From a virus, in the IMG/VR virus record IMGVR_UViG_3300045988_062993, positions 1-52,879 of that record: 52,879 bases of DNA; one strand, written 5' to 3'. The translations under genes were made by a program, and so were the position numbers. Position 1 is the stretch's first letter; the number at the start of each line of letters is the position of its first letter. Below, in pieces: positions 18,511-27,372 of this stretch. Under the pieces are notes generated by a model. The model was given only the letters and a program-made list of their open reading frames with translations, ran no database searches and was not told the DNA's origin.

Positions 18511-19563
18511 TTAGCAGACCTCAGCCACCAGCCAGCTGTCCACCTTATCGGGGATGGGCAGCGGGTGAGACTGGACTTCCATCATGCGGCGGTCGGGATG
18601 ATGCTCAACATAGGAGCGCAGCAGACGGGCGGTCTGAGCGCTGACCCACTGCTGGGAAGCATCGTCGATGTAAGTGCACAGGCCATAGCCCAGCAGGTAG
18701 TTGGGTGCATGGTTGATGAGCAGCACCTTATTGTCTGCGACGAGGGGATGGGTAGCTGGGCGCTCCGGGTCGGTCCAGTCGTCCAGATAGTGCTCATCGT
18801 AGCAGTAGATGTCCAGAGCAGGGTCGTTCAGATGTCCGTAGTAGGTCAGACCGTTCGGGAGCTGCTTGACGTTGATTGCGCCGTAGCCGTAGTTCTTGGT
18901 GTCAAGGCGGCTGCGGATGTCAAGGTCGGCGAGGAACAGACCAAGCGCTTTCCAGCCCATGACGCACATATCGACATTGGCAAAGCCATTCACGGCAACC
19001 TCGTGCTTCCAATCACGGAGGTTGTCCGCGATTGCTGCCTTGTCACCGCCCCAGACTGCCGTGCCGGTCAGCTTCTTCTTGTTGGTGAATCCGAAGTCCA
19101 CGATCTCGTTGACACCCTCGCCGACAATGGGAATCTGCCCGGTCATAATGGCCTGTGCGCACATCCACTCTTCGCGGCGGATCACGGAATCATTCAGACG
19201 GTTATACTCTTCCACCTGCTTCTGCGCTGCCCGCTGTGCAGGAGTCATGCCGCTGTACATCTCTTCGCCAGGCAGACGGTTCATAAGCTGGTCCGCGGTC
19301 GTGATGTCATAGGGGTTGATGAGGGGTGGCTTATAGCTCATAGTCTCGTAGCCAGCCGAACTCAGCACCTTCGCGCCATTGCGAGGATGGACGAACGCAG
19401 CCATGCGACGGTCGCCCTTCACCAGATCGAAGTCGATGGCCTTGGTCGGGAAAACATGGACATTGGTGAAAAAGGTGTCACGGAAAAAGGTGTACACCGG
19501 AGGTGCAAGGCGCACGACTTCGGCGAGGTATCGCGGGGTATAGATGTTCACTTCGTTAGGCAT
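18511..19563 (-). CDS. Major capsid protein (lambda gpE family)
   Basis: 350 aa. The N-terminus ...YTPRYLAEVVRLAPPVYTFFRDTFF... and the gene order protease-decoration-capsid fit the lambda gpE family. RBS is GGAAAGGAGGG. Confidence 0.9.
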   Translation of the reverse strand: MPNEVNIYTPRYLAEVVRLAPPVYTFFRDTFFTNVHVFPTKAIDFDLVKGDRRMAAFVHPRNGAKVLSSAGYETMSYKPPLINPYDITTADQLMNRLPGEEMYSGMTPAQRAAQKQVEEYNRLNDSVIRREEWMCAQAIMTGQIPIVGEGVNEIVDFGFTNKKKLTGTAVWGGDKAAIADNLRDWKHEVAVNGFANVDMCVMGWKALGLFLADLDIRSRLDTKNYGYGAINVKQLPNGLTYYGHLNDPALDIYCYDEHYLDDWTDPERPATHPLVADNKVLLINHAPNYLLGYGLCTYIDDASQQWVSAQTARLLRSYVEHHPDRRMMEVQSHPLPIPDKVDSWLVAEVC

Positions 19564-19581
19564 ATCGTTTCCCTCCTTTCC

Positions 19582-19920
19582 TTACTTCAGGAAAATGCCG
19601 ATGTTACGGAACGCCACTTCGAGCGAAGCGGCGGTCACGCCAGTTTCCAGTGCCAGCCGGTCAGCGAAGAACTCGCCGGTCAGGTAAATCACAGCATCCT
19701 CGCCAGATTTGAAATCCTCGGTGGTGATGCCGTACAGGCCGGTCGTACCGTCTGCCTTTGCCACGGGGGCCGCCTTGCCGGAGCTGTCCAGCTTGACCGG
19801 CGCGCCTGCTTTCAGGGCTGCGGCAGCTTTCTTGATGGCAGTAGTAACTCGAATGTCCGTGCCTGCCAGCAGGTATTCCGGCTCACACGAAAACTTCTCA
19901 GGCGTAAGATTCATGCTCAT
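19582..19920 (-). CDS. Head decoration protein (gpD-like)
   Basis: 112 aa between the protease/scaffold and gpE-type capsid genes, with an AAGGAGG RBS. Confidence 0.65.
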   Translation of the reverse strand: MSMNLTPEKFSCEPEYLLAGTDIRVTTAIKKAAAALKAGAPVKLDSSGKAAPVAKADGTTGLYGITTEDFKSGEDAVIYLTGEFFADRLALETGVTAASLEVAFRNIGIFLK

Positions 19921-19932
19921 AACAATTCCTCC

Positions 19933-21090
19933 TTACTTCTTTTTGCCGATGGAGCGCAGGGCGTTCATGTACACGTCTTCCTTAGGATCACCGGTGCCGC
20001 CGGTTACATCGTTTGCGCCGCTGGTCTTGGCATCATCGTGAAGACCCTTGGCCTGATCCTGTGCCTTCTTGCGGGCAAACTTGGCAACTTCCTTCGCATA
20101 CGCGGTGGCATCCATGGGATGCTCACCATACAGGGCATCCTGCATGACCTGTTCCATGCCGGGCAGTGTCATATCCTGAATGTCCTTGATGCGGGCACGC
20201 TCACGGGTGATTGCGTCCACGGCAGCACTCTGTCTGACCTCGTTGACCATGACAGGGTACGCCTTTTCCAGATCGTTCTTGTCCTTGATATCCATGGTTT
20301 CTTCCTCCTGTGTTCCGGGCGTTCCCGGATTTTCTGCATTAGAAAAGCCGCCGGGTGCTTTTGCACCCATGCGGCTTTTAACAAAATCAGGGACCTTATC
20401 GAACAGCAGCCCCATACCAATGCTGTTGACGAACAGCTGGCCGTTCCGGTTCTCCACCACGGCATCCTCGCCTTCGCTGTCCACTTCATCGACAAATCCG
20501 TTTTCTTTGGCTTCGCTGGCTGTCCACCAGCTCGTTTCATCCATCCACTTCCCGCACTCGTCCACTGTCTTTCCGGTCTTCTTAGCGTACAGCGCAACAA
20601 TGTTGTCCCGGATGGTGTCCAGCGCTTTCAGGCAGTTCCGCATATCTGCGGCTGTCAGGAAGTCACAAATGCCCATGCTCGGCGGATGAACCATATAGCT
20701 GCCGTCTGCGGCAGAAACAACCTTGTCTGCATGGCAGGCAATGATGGTGGCTGCGCTTGCGCACAGACCGTCGATGTGAACGGTAACAGTAGCGCTGTTG
20801 CGTTCCAGCATATTGCCAATGGCTTGTGCGGCGAATACATCGCCACCGCCAGAGTTCACATAGACTGTGATCTCTTTTACATTGCCCAGATTGGCAAGGT
20901 CTTCTGCAAACTGCTTCGGGGTGACGGCATCGCCCCACCAGCTTTTTTCTGCGATATCGCCGTAAAGCAGAAGTTCCGCTTTCTGGTCATCATCGGCCAG
21001 ATTGCGGAACTTCCAGAAGTGCTTATTTACGGTTTTGGTCGGCGGTGTTTCCGCCTGATTCACGATTCGGAACATTTCCTTCTTTCGCAA
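19933..21090 (-). CDS. ClpP/S49-type head maturation protease fused to a scaffold region
   Basis: A ClpP-like core (VYVNSGGGDVFAAQAIGNML......IDGLCASAATIIA) is joined to an acidic helical C-terminal scaffold-like half. TTG at 21090 has a GGAGGTGG RBS. An alternative ATG lies at 21075. Confidence 0.8.
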   Translation of the reverse strand: MRKKEMFRIVNQAETPPTKTVNKHFWKFRNLADDDQKAELLLYGDIAEKSWWGDAVTPKQFAEDLANLGNVKEITVYVNSGGGDVFAAQAIGNMLERNSATVTVHIDGLCASAATIIACHADKVVSAADGSYMVHPPSMGICDFLTAADMRNCLKALDTIRDNIVALYAKKTGKTVDECGKWMDETSWWTASEAKENGFVDEVDSEGEDAVVENRNGQLFVNSIGMGLLFDKVPDFVKSRMGAKAPGGFSNAENPGTPGTQEEETMDIKDKNDLEKAYPVMVNEVRQSAAVDAITRERARIKDIQDMTLPGMEQVMQDALYGEHPMDATAYAKEVAKFARKKAQDQAKGLHDDAKTSGANDVTGGTGDPKEDVYMNALRSIGKKK

Positions 21091-22645
21091 TATCGTCCAC
21101 CTCCTTTTTCATCTTTGCTTCAATGACCCGCTGGCGAATGTTCATCGCATAGCTGCCGCCGTTCATGGTTGCGGTTTCCTGATCTGCTGTCGAGAAACCG
21201 TTATCCACACGCTTCACAGCTGCATCCACTTCCTGCACCGGGTTCAGGTTGGTTCTCGCCGGACCGTTCCAAGTACAGGACGTGTATGCTTTTCGGATTG
21301 CCGGGTCATCAAAAAATCCCGGTGCAGAAACGCGGCCGCTGGCAACGGCTTCTGTCAGCCATTCTTCATAGATTGGCTGGCAGAAATCATCCACGAACCA
21401 TGAGCGCATCATATCGCAGGTGCGCCAGAACTCGTTCAGGGCACCACGCGCTGCACTGTAACTTGCGGTAAATTGCTTCATCAGCACTTCGCTTGGGATT
21501 TCCAGCGCTGCCGCAATCTGTTTGATGATGGCGGCGGAGAAATTATCAAAGCCCGTGTTCGGGTGCTTTGGGTCTGCAAATTCCACCTTCTCTCCCTCGT
21601 TCAGGTCGATGATTGCGCCAGACCCCAGTTCAATGGTGCCCCGATCCGCCGCGTCGATTTGCTGGTTCGGCGGGATCACCTCACCCAGCGGACGGCCAAC
21701 GGACGGGTTGTCTTTCGTGATAAACACGGTGAACATCGCGCTGATGACCGCTGCTGTGATTTCGGCATCCGTATACCTTCCAAGCTGTTTCAGCGCTTCC
21801 AGTACCGGTGCCAGCAGCGGCACGCCGCGCCGCTGCCCGGAACGTTCCCGGTTCATGATGTGCAGGATATTCCTTCGCCCTGTGTTCGCACCGTATGCTT
21901 CCACCCTCTGCCACTTTAACGGCTCCGGTAAGGCGTACAGGCTTGACAACGGATGCTGGTTACAAATCCAGTAGGCGATCACCATGCCGTTGCTATCCGT
22001 TTCCACGCCCTGCACAATGCTTTCTACCGCCTTATCGTCTACGATGCAGGGAAACAGCCGGTCTTCCTGATCCGGGCTACACACCCGGTCAGCTTCGATC
22101 AGCTGCACACGCAGGTCATACGGTTGCCCCACGCTCTCCCGCATTGGCAACACGGCGAATGCATCACCGTTCATCATGTAGGCAAGGAAGGCAAGCTGCT
22201 GTAGCTTGTAGAAGTTATCCATCCGGTCAGCATCGCAAAGCGGGCTGTCTGCCCACAGCGAAAATTCCCGGATGATCTGCATCTGCAAATCGTTTGCCTG
22301 TTCCGGGGTCATCCCCAGAAAGTCCGCGTCGATTTGCGGCGATGGGGTCAAGCCGCCAGCCACAACATTTGTGCGCAGAGTTTTAAGTGCGCCGGTAGCA
22401 ATGGGCACACCCATATAAGCATCGCGGCTTCTTTCGCGCAGGGTTTTAAGGTTATCTTCGATATCCTCTTTCGCGCTGCCGCCAGCGAACTGCCAGCCGC
22501 GCATAGATTTTTTGGTCGTGGATGCGCCGTAGTTGCCATAGCCAGAATTGATAAAGCGCAGGCTTTCCCGCGCTACCGCCCGGCGCAGGGCGTGTTCCGG
22601 GGCAACGGCGGCAATCGCACGATCCATGAGGTTCATCTTACCCAT
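21023..22645 (-). CDS. Portal protein (lambda gpB family)
   Basis: 540 aa with Phage_portal_2-like sequence, positioned after gpW. ATG at 22645 has a GGAGG RBS. Confidence 0.9.
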   Translation of the reverse strand: MGKMNLMDRAIAAVAPEHALRRAVARESLRFINSGYGNYGASTTKKSMRGWQFAGGSAKEDIEDNLKTLRERSRDAYMGVPIATGALKTLRTNVVAGGLTPSPQIDADFLGMTPEQANDLQMQIIREFSLWADSPLCDADRMDNFYKLQQLAFLAYMMNGDAFAVLPMRESVGQPYDLRVQLIEADRVCSPDQEDRLFPCIVDDKAVESIVQGVETDSNGMVIAYWICNQHPLSSLYALPEPLKWQRVEAYGANTGRRNILHIMNRERSGQRRGVPLLAPVLEALKQLGRYTDAEITAAVISAMFTVFITKDNPSVGRPLGEVIPPNQQIDAADRGTIELGSGAIIDLNEGEKVEFADPKHPNTGFDNFSAAIIKQIAAALEIPSEVLMKQFTASYSAARGALNEFWRTCDMMRSWFVDDFCQPIYEEWLTEAVASGRVSAPGFFDDPAIRKAYTSCTWNGPARTNLNPVQEVDAAVKRVDNGFSTADQETATMNGGSYAMNIRQRVIEAKMKKEVDDIAKEGNVPNRESGGNTADQNRK

Positions 22646-22656
22646 GCCGTCCTCCG

Positions 22657-22890
22657 TCAAATATCACGCGCCACAAACCGGTACATCCGGTTTCTGCCTG
22701 CCGTTGCTGCCGTTTCCAACTCTTTTACCTTGTTGTTCCAAAATTCGATCTCACCGCGTACAGTGTAAAGGTCGGCACGGGTCAGGCGGCGGTCTCCGAT
22801 GGAATAGCCCTGCCCGCTGGCAATTTTTTCTTCGGCTTCCATCCAGGTTTGCAGCTTGGCTTCTGCCTGCTCCAATGTGATTCCAGCCAT
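22657..22890 (-). CDS. gpW-like head-tail joining protein
   Basis: 77 aa between the large terminase and portal genes, as in lambda. Confidence 0.55.
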   Translation of the reverse strand: MAGITLEQAEAKLQTWMEAEEKIASGQGYSIGDRRLTRADLYTVRGEIEFWNNKVKELETAATAGRNRMYRFVARDI

Positions 22891-24741
22891 TTATCCAATA
22901 CCTCCCGATACGATTCTTCGTCCCGCCGGATGCTGTACCACCGGCATTTCCGTTTCTGCATCCGGGTCTTCCAGCACAGGGTTTGCGATTTCCAGTGCTG
23001 CCAGCGCATAGTCCCGACAGTCCAGTGGTTCATTGCGGTGGTAGTTAGGGTCTTTCAGTTCCCATGCTGTCGTGGGTCTGCCCTTCTTCCAGCGCACGAC
23101 CTGCTTCTCTGCCGTTAAGCCTTTGAAGTAGGTTTCGTCATATCCTGCTGCTTCATCCAGCGGGAAATGACAGTAGTTCGGGCCGGGTGTCTGTACATTT
23201 AAGCGCTGGTACACCATGGTCTTGCCGTTATCAACGCCGATTGTATACAGTGGCACGCCCACGCGATTGCTGGTTGACGGCTTCGACACAAACACCGTTT
23301 CCACGCCGCCGCGTCCCTTGATGGCATAAAGGTGCCGCTGCCAGCGTTCCAGACAGAAACGATAAACTGCGTCCGTATGGTGTCCGCCGGTGTCCATTGC
23401 TGCTGCAAGGATGTTCAGCACCACTCCGTCTTCCCTTCGCCAGCGGGTTTGCAGGAACTTGTCAAGGTCTTCCCAAATCTGAGGTTTAAGTGGGTCGCCA
23501 TATATCTTCTGATATCGAATGCCCCAGCTTTCCTTTCCAACTCCCCAGCCCACAAGTTCCAGCTCGAAGCGATCATCCTGAACGTCGATGCCACAGGTCA
23601 GTACCAGCACGCCAGCCGGTACAGTCGCCGGGTACATTTCGCGGCGGCTGTACAGTGCCATATCGTCCGCGCTCTCGCCGCGCTCTTCCCAGGTTTCCCC
23701 AAGTTTGGTGTTGACCCATGCCTTCATCAACTCGGGGTTGCCATGGTCGAGTGCTTCTTTTGCGGAAAGAAATTCCGTAACGATGCCGGACCATGCACAG
23801 AACGACGATGCAAGGACATTCAGGTGAAAGCCGCGCACCTCCCGTTCCGGGTGTAGTGCAACGTACCTTCCCTTCCTGCCCTGTGCTTTCCAGCGATATT
23901 CACCAGCAATGCAGCCGCAGTATTCGCACCGGTACTGCACACCGCCATGCGGCCAGTTCTCCCGGTCAAAAACCACATTTGCCCAGACCAGCGGTTGATA
24001 CTCACCGCATTCCGGGCACGGCACCGTCCACTCTTCCATCGTGCTTTCCAGCCAGGCTTTTTCAATCCTGCTGGTGCCCTTTATGGTTGGCGTGGAGACA
24101 AGCACCGTTTTCTTGTCCCAGTATGTTGTCTGGCGGGTTCTTGCCAGCGTCAGCGGGTCGCCCTCGGTGCCAGCCGATGCCGGATATCGGTCCACCTCGT
24201 CTGCCAGAACAAACTTGATTGGTCGGGATGCAAGCCCCGCCGGGCTGTTTGCTCCAACGATGGTGACGTGTCCACCCGGAAATGCTTTCTGCATGATCGT
24301 ATTCCCGGAGAAGCGGCTCTTGGCATCGACCTTTCTTCGCAGTTCCGGGGTATCGCGGATCATTGGTGCCAGACGGTCTTTGGAAAATGTTTGTCCCATT
24401 TCTACCGTTGGCTGCATTACCAGCGTCGGTGCTGGGGTGTAGTCAATCGCATATCCTAGTGTGTTCAGGATGATTTCCGTCTTCCCGATCTGGGATGATG
24501 TCTTGACCACCACCATGCGGATATGTGGATCACCAATGGCATCCATCACGGCGCGCTGATACGGCGCATTGTCCGTGTGCCACCGCCCCGTTCCTGCGCT
24601 AGCTTCTGGGGACATTCTCCTGTATTTATCCGCCCACTCGCTGACCGTCAGCTTCGGCGGCGGTTTCAGTTTCAGCAGCACCCGGGCAAACAGTTCCTTC
24701 ACTTCCGGGGCTACCTCTACAGTCTTCCTTTTCTTTGTCAT
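22891..24741 (-). CDS. terL: Terminase large subunit (lambda GpA family)
   Basis: 616 aa with GpA-type motifs (...KTSSQIGKTEI...VLADEVDRYP...CPECGEYQP...). Confidence 0.9.
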   Translation of the reverse strand: MTKKRKTVEVAPEVKELFARVLLKLKPPPKLTVSEWADKYRRMSPEASAGTGRWHTDNAPYQRAVMDAIGDPHIRMVVVKTSSQIGKTEIILNTLGYAIDYTPAPTLVMQPTVEMGQTFSKDRLAPMIRDTPELRRKVDAKSRFSGNTIMQKAFPGGHVTIVGANSPAGLASRPIKFVLADEVDRYPASAGTEGDPLTLARTRQTTYWDKKTVLVSTPTIKGTSRIEKAWLESTMEEWTVPCPECGEYQPLVWANVVFDRENWPHGGVQYRCEYCGCIAGEYRWKAQGRKGRYVALHPEREVRGFHLNVLASSFCAWSGIVTEFLSAKEALDHGNPELMKAWVNTKLGETWEERGESADDMALYSRREMYPATVPAGVLVLTCGIDVQDDRFELELVGWGVGKESWGIRYQKIYGDPLKPQIWEDLDKFLQTRWRREDGVVLNILAAAMDTGGHHTDAVYRFCLERWQRHLYAIKGRGGVETVFVSKPSTSNRVGVPLYTIGVDNGKTMVYQRLNVQTPGPNYCHFPLDEAAGYDETYFKGLTAEKQVVRWKKGRPTTAWELKDPNYHRNEPLDCRDYALAALEIANPVLEDPDAETEMPVVQHPAGRRIVSGGIG

Positions 24742-24821
24742 GGTTCACGCACCTTGGCAGCGGGCAATACACCTGCTGCTCATTCAGTTCGTACCCCCAT
24801 TCACAGCCAGCGCACGGGTTT

Positions 24822-25319
24822 TTATCCCGTGTCTTTTTCTTCCGCTTCTTCATTTGCCCCATCCTCCGGTTCTGCCAATGCTTCTTCGGCGTGGCTCAGA
24901 GTTTCCAGAGCTTCTTCCAGCTCCGCTTGGATCAGGTCTTGCACCTGCTGTTCGTCGCCTTCCAGCGCCACAACTGCGGGTGCCAGTTTTTGCGGTAGCG
25001 CCAGAATGCGGGAACGAAAGTTCATCATCATAGCGGAGTAGGCTTTTTCCACATCGCCCACTTCCAGAAGTTCAGCCTTCCTTACCCGGTTTTCCGTTTC
25101 TGCCGCAATTCTTTTTTCTTTGGTCAGCTTGGCTCTTTCATCGTTCAGGTCAGCTTTGCTCCCTGCGCCAATGTACTTGATGTAGCGTGTCATGGTGTCC
25201 ACCAGATCATACAGCCCCGGTCTTTTTTCCCGGATCACGCCTTCATCCCTCAACTGCCGCACACGGCGTTCCGTGAGGTTCAGGTGTTGCGCCACAACCT
25301 TACTTGTGTAAAGGGTCAT
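24822..25319 (-). CDS. Nu1-like small terminase / MerR-type HTH DNA-packaging protein
   Basis: The N-terminal HTH is MTLYTSKVVAQHLNLTERRVRQLRDEGVI. It is followed by a coiled coil and an acidic tail, and lies directly upstream of terL. Confidence 0.55.
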   Translation of the reverse strand: MTLYTSKVVAQHLNLTERRVRQLRDEGVIREKRPGLYDLVDTMTRYIKYIGAGSKADLNDERAKLTKEKRIAAETENRVRKAELLEVGDVEKAYSAMMMNFRSRILALPQKLAPAVVALEGDEQQVQDLIQAELEEALETLSHAEEALAEPEDGANEEAEEKDTG

Positions 25320-26055
25320 TGTCTGCATCCTCTTCCGTTTCATCCGGCACATCGAATGCGCCAATTGCGCGGGCCTTTGCAAATTCTATCCGCTCACGTT
25401 CCAGCTTCATGCGGGCTTCGGTTTCTTCTGCCTGCTGTAGCTTTCCGATGATTGTTGCAATTCTGCCCTCCACCTTGTTCAAGGCTTCCTGCAAATGCAT
25501 CTTTCTGGTGAACGCGCTCTCCTTCGAGTACATACCCATGTTCTGGTTTGCACCGTCTTGTTTCGCGCCGTTTACCTTTCCCGGCACTCGCATATCAAGC
25601 AGCGTGCTGATGTACAGTTCATCTTGATCCGCGTTTTCCAGCACTGTGATTTGGCTGAGGATTCTTTTTTCCTGAACTTTCAGAATGCCCAGTTCTTCCC
25701 GAAGGGCTTTAACAGCGGTCTTCGGCGTTTTGTCCATGATGAACTTTTCATCATCCGTCAGCTGATCGAAAAACACCGCTGCATAGCCGCCGTGTTTCTG
25801 GGCGTTCTTATTTCTGGGCGGGGCACCGCCGCCGGGGTTTCCCTCTGCGTTCTGGTTCCCAGGCTGTCCGCCACGTTTCTTTTTGGGCGGCACTTCCAGC
25901 TCGTCCCACTTTTCCTTGGACTTCCACCGGCGCACCGTGTCATAGTTCACGCCGACATCTTCTGCCAACGCCGCAAGATTCACCGCGCCGTCTTCTCGCA
26001 TACGGCGTAGGTATTCTTCGCGGGCGGCATCTTTCTTGTCGCTCCGCCTGGGCAT
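25300..26055 (-). CDS. Terminase small subunit-like protein (HTH plus GGQPGNQNA motif)
   Basis: ATG at 26055 has a GGAGG RBS. The HTH is LAEDVGVNYDTVRRWKSKEKW. The basic G/N-rich motif KKKRGGQPGNQNAEGNPGGGAPPRNKNAQKHG is typical of Firmicutes phage TerS. Confidence 0.65.
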   Translation of the reverse strand: MPRRSDKKDAAREEYLRRMREDGAVNLAALAEDVGVNYDTVRRWKSKEKWDELEVPPKKKRGGQPGNQNAEGNPGGGAPPRNKNAQKHGGYAAVFFDQLTDDEKFIMDKTPKTAVKALREELGILKVQEKRILSQITVLENADQDELYISTLLDMRVPGKVNGAKQDGANQNMGMYSKESAFTRKMHLQEALNKVEGRIATIIGKLQQAEETEARMKLERERIEFAKARAIGAFDVPDETEEDADNDPLHK

Positions 26056-26258
26056 TGTGCATCCTCCAATAAAAAATGCCCCACCGGGCGCACCCGGCAG
26101 AGCATTATATTTTGTGGGTCGCTTACGAATTGTAAGCAGCTCTGTATAACAAAAGCCCCACGGCATTGCTGCCGCCGGGCTTTGTCAAAAATCCACTGTA
26201 CCAATTATAGCAGAAAATCAGTATCATGGAGTATCATCTTTGCCTTCCCGCCTTTTTT

Positions 26259-26287
26259 GACCCCCGGGGGACTTTTTTCCGGGGGTC
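26259..26287. repeat. GC palindrome pair (GACCCCCGG ... CCGGGGGTC) upstream of the terminase genes
   Basis: A perfect 9-bp inverted repeat surrounds an internal CCCCCGGGGG palindrome and is flanked by T/A runs. Confidence 0.6.
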
Positions 26288-26384
26288 TGCCGGAAATGGA
26301 AAATTTGCATTAAAATCTAGCGAACTTTTGCGCTGTTGGACCCGCTAATTAGCGCGGGCGCGCGCGCAGTACCTCGCGCCCGCG

Positions 26385-26690
26385 CGGGGCGGCCTCGTCG
26401 GGCGGGCGGCGGGCGGGCTGGTCAGGGCGGGCGGCGGGTGGCGGCGCTGGCTGCTGTTCTGTGTGCCAGGGCAGGAGAGCAGGCAGGGCGGGCGGGTACC
26501 TGCTGCCGGTGTGGATCAGGGCGGCGGCGTGGTCTGCTGTGCTATGGATCAGGCAGGCGGGCGGCGTGATCCGGTGCAGTCTGTGCAGCAGATCGGCAAC
26601 CAGCGCGGCGGATCAGGGCGGCGTGCTGGTGCCCGATGTGCTACGGATCAGGCAGGGCGGCGGGCGTGGATCAGGAAAAAAAGAAGCAGG
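26385..26690. repeat. Strand-asymmetric G-rich tract (C-rich on the transcribed minus strand) with five GGATCAGG iterons
   Basis: GGATCAGG occurs at 26523, 26556, 26620, 26655 and 26678. Dense GGG/GGCGG runs fill 26385..26460. Only Gly/Arg/Ala low-complexity ORFs are present. Confidence 0.7.
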
Positions 26691-26910
26691 CAGGGCGCGC
26701 CGTGTGTGGCGTGTTCCTGCCTGCTGTGCTGTGTGCTGCTGCGATCTTCCCGCCCCGGCACCGCTCCACGGAATGCCGCCGGGGTGCTTTTCACGCTTTC
26801 CCGGGGCGGTACTTTGTGCCGCGCCAGAGGGGTCAGATTCTCCACTTTACCGGGTAGTGCTTTATGTGTAGGGCTAGAACTTAGTGAGCTATAGCCTCCC
26901 CAGTAACCCC

Positions 26911-27144
26911 CTATAGTCCCCCTTCTTCCCCGTTTTTCTGCTCCGGGTCCAACTCTAACGGCTGCCCGTCCTGCTCCATCCGGGCGCGGACCGCCTGCAA
27001 AATGTAGCCTTGCAAGCTCTGGTTTGCAGCAGCCGCAGCCGCCTTTATCGCTGCTGCTTCTTTTGCCAGTGGTTTTATATTTATTTGCGTGCATTTTGCG
27101 TTGTATTTGTCGTTTGTCAGTCTTTTTTTTGCAGATATAGCCAT
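26911..27144 (-). CDS. Ribbon-helix-helix (Arc/CopG-like) DNA-binding protein
   Basis: 77 aa. ...KCTQINIKPLAKEAAAIKAAAAAANQSLQGYILQAVRARMEQDG matches the RHH beta-alpha-alpha pattern. RBS is AAGGGTGA. Confidence 0.65.
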   Translation of the reverse strand: MAISAKKRLTNDKYNAKCTQINIKPLAKEAAAIKAAAAAANQSLQGYILQAVRARMEQDGQPLELDPEQKNGEEGGL

Positions 27145-27196
27145 AATTTCACCCTTGCTTTTTATTTATAAATATAATATAGCACCCCTGCCGTCA

Positions 27197-27328
27197 CCCT
27201 GTACAGTGCCATTTTGCACAAAAGCACGGTACAGGATTTGTGCAAAAAGTAGATTGCACGGTACAGGGCTTGACAGTTGGCACGGTACAGTGCTATCATG
27301 TAGCCACGGCAAGCGGCACGGTACAGTG
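27197..27328. promoter_or_regulatory. Operator array: five copies of the near-palindrome GCACGGTACAGTGC in the divergent intergenic region
   Basis: Copies lie at about 27197 (inverted, GCACTGTACAGGG), 27224, 27256, 27280 and 27316. 12 of the 14 positions are self-complementary. Confidence 0.55.
27270..27299 (+). promoter_or_regulatory. Candidate sigma-70-type promoter of the plus-strand operon
   Basis: TTGACA (27270..27275), an 18-nt spacer, then TATCAT (27294..27299). Operator copy 27280 lies in the spacer. Confidence 0.45.
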
Positions 27329-27372
27329 CAACGCAAGCCGAACAAAACCAACGATTGCAGGAGGATTTTACC

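Noticed and set aside
18475-21126. An 883-aa ORF on the plus strand spanning the capsid, decoration and protease genes
   Set aside because: It is exactly codon-aligned antisense to three minus-strand genes that share one frame, so it stays open simply because those genes avoid TTA, CTA and TCA codons. Its sequence is low-complexity and Val/Gly/Ala/His-rich, it has no RBS, and it overlaps strongly recognisable structural genes.
24626-24862. A 78-aa minus-strand ORF bridging the Nu1-like and large terminase genes
   Set aside because: It overlaps the terL start by more than 100 nt in another frame. terL has its own RBS and a conserved N-terminus, so this is probably a read-through shadow of the short intergenic gap.
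26520-26690. The GGATCAGG repeats as a possible CRISPR array
   Set aside because: The repeat unit is only 8 bp, the spacing is irregular (23-64 nt), there is no longer conserved repeat and no cas genes are present.
26336-26894. Overlapping plus-strand ORFs (26336..26569, 26461..26871, 26463..26894) and the minus-strand ORF 26648..27094 in the G-rich tract
   Set aside because: The translations are Gly/Arg/Ala homopolymer-like, all three frames are open because of base composition, and none has an RBS. I treat the region as a non-coding repeat/regulatory region.
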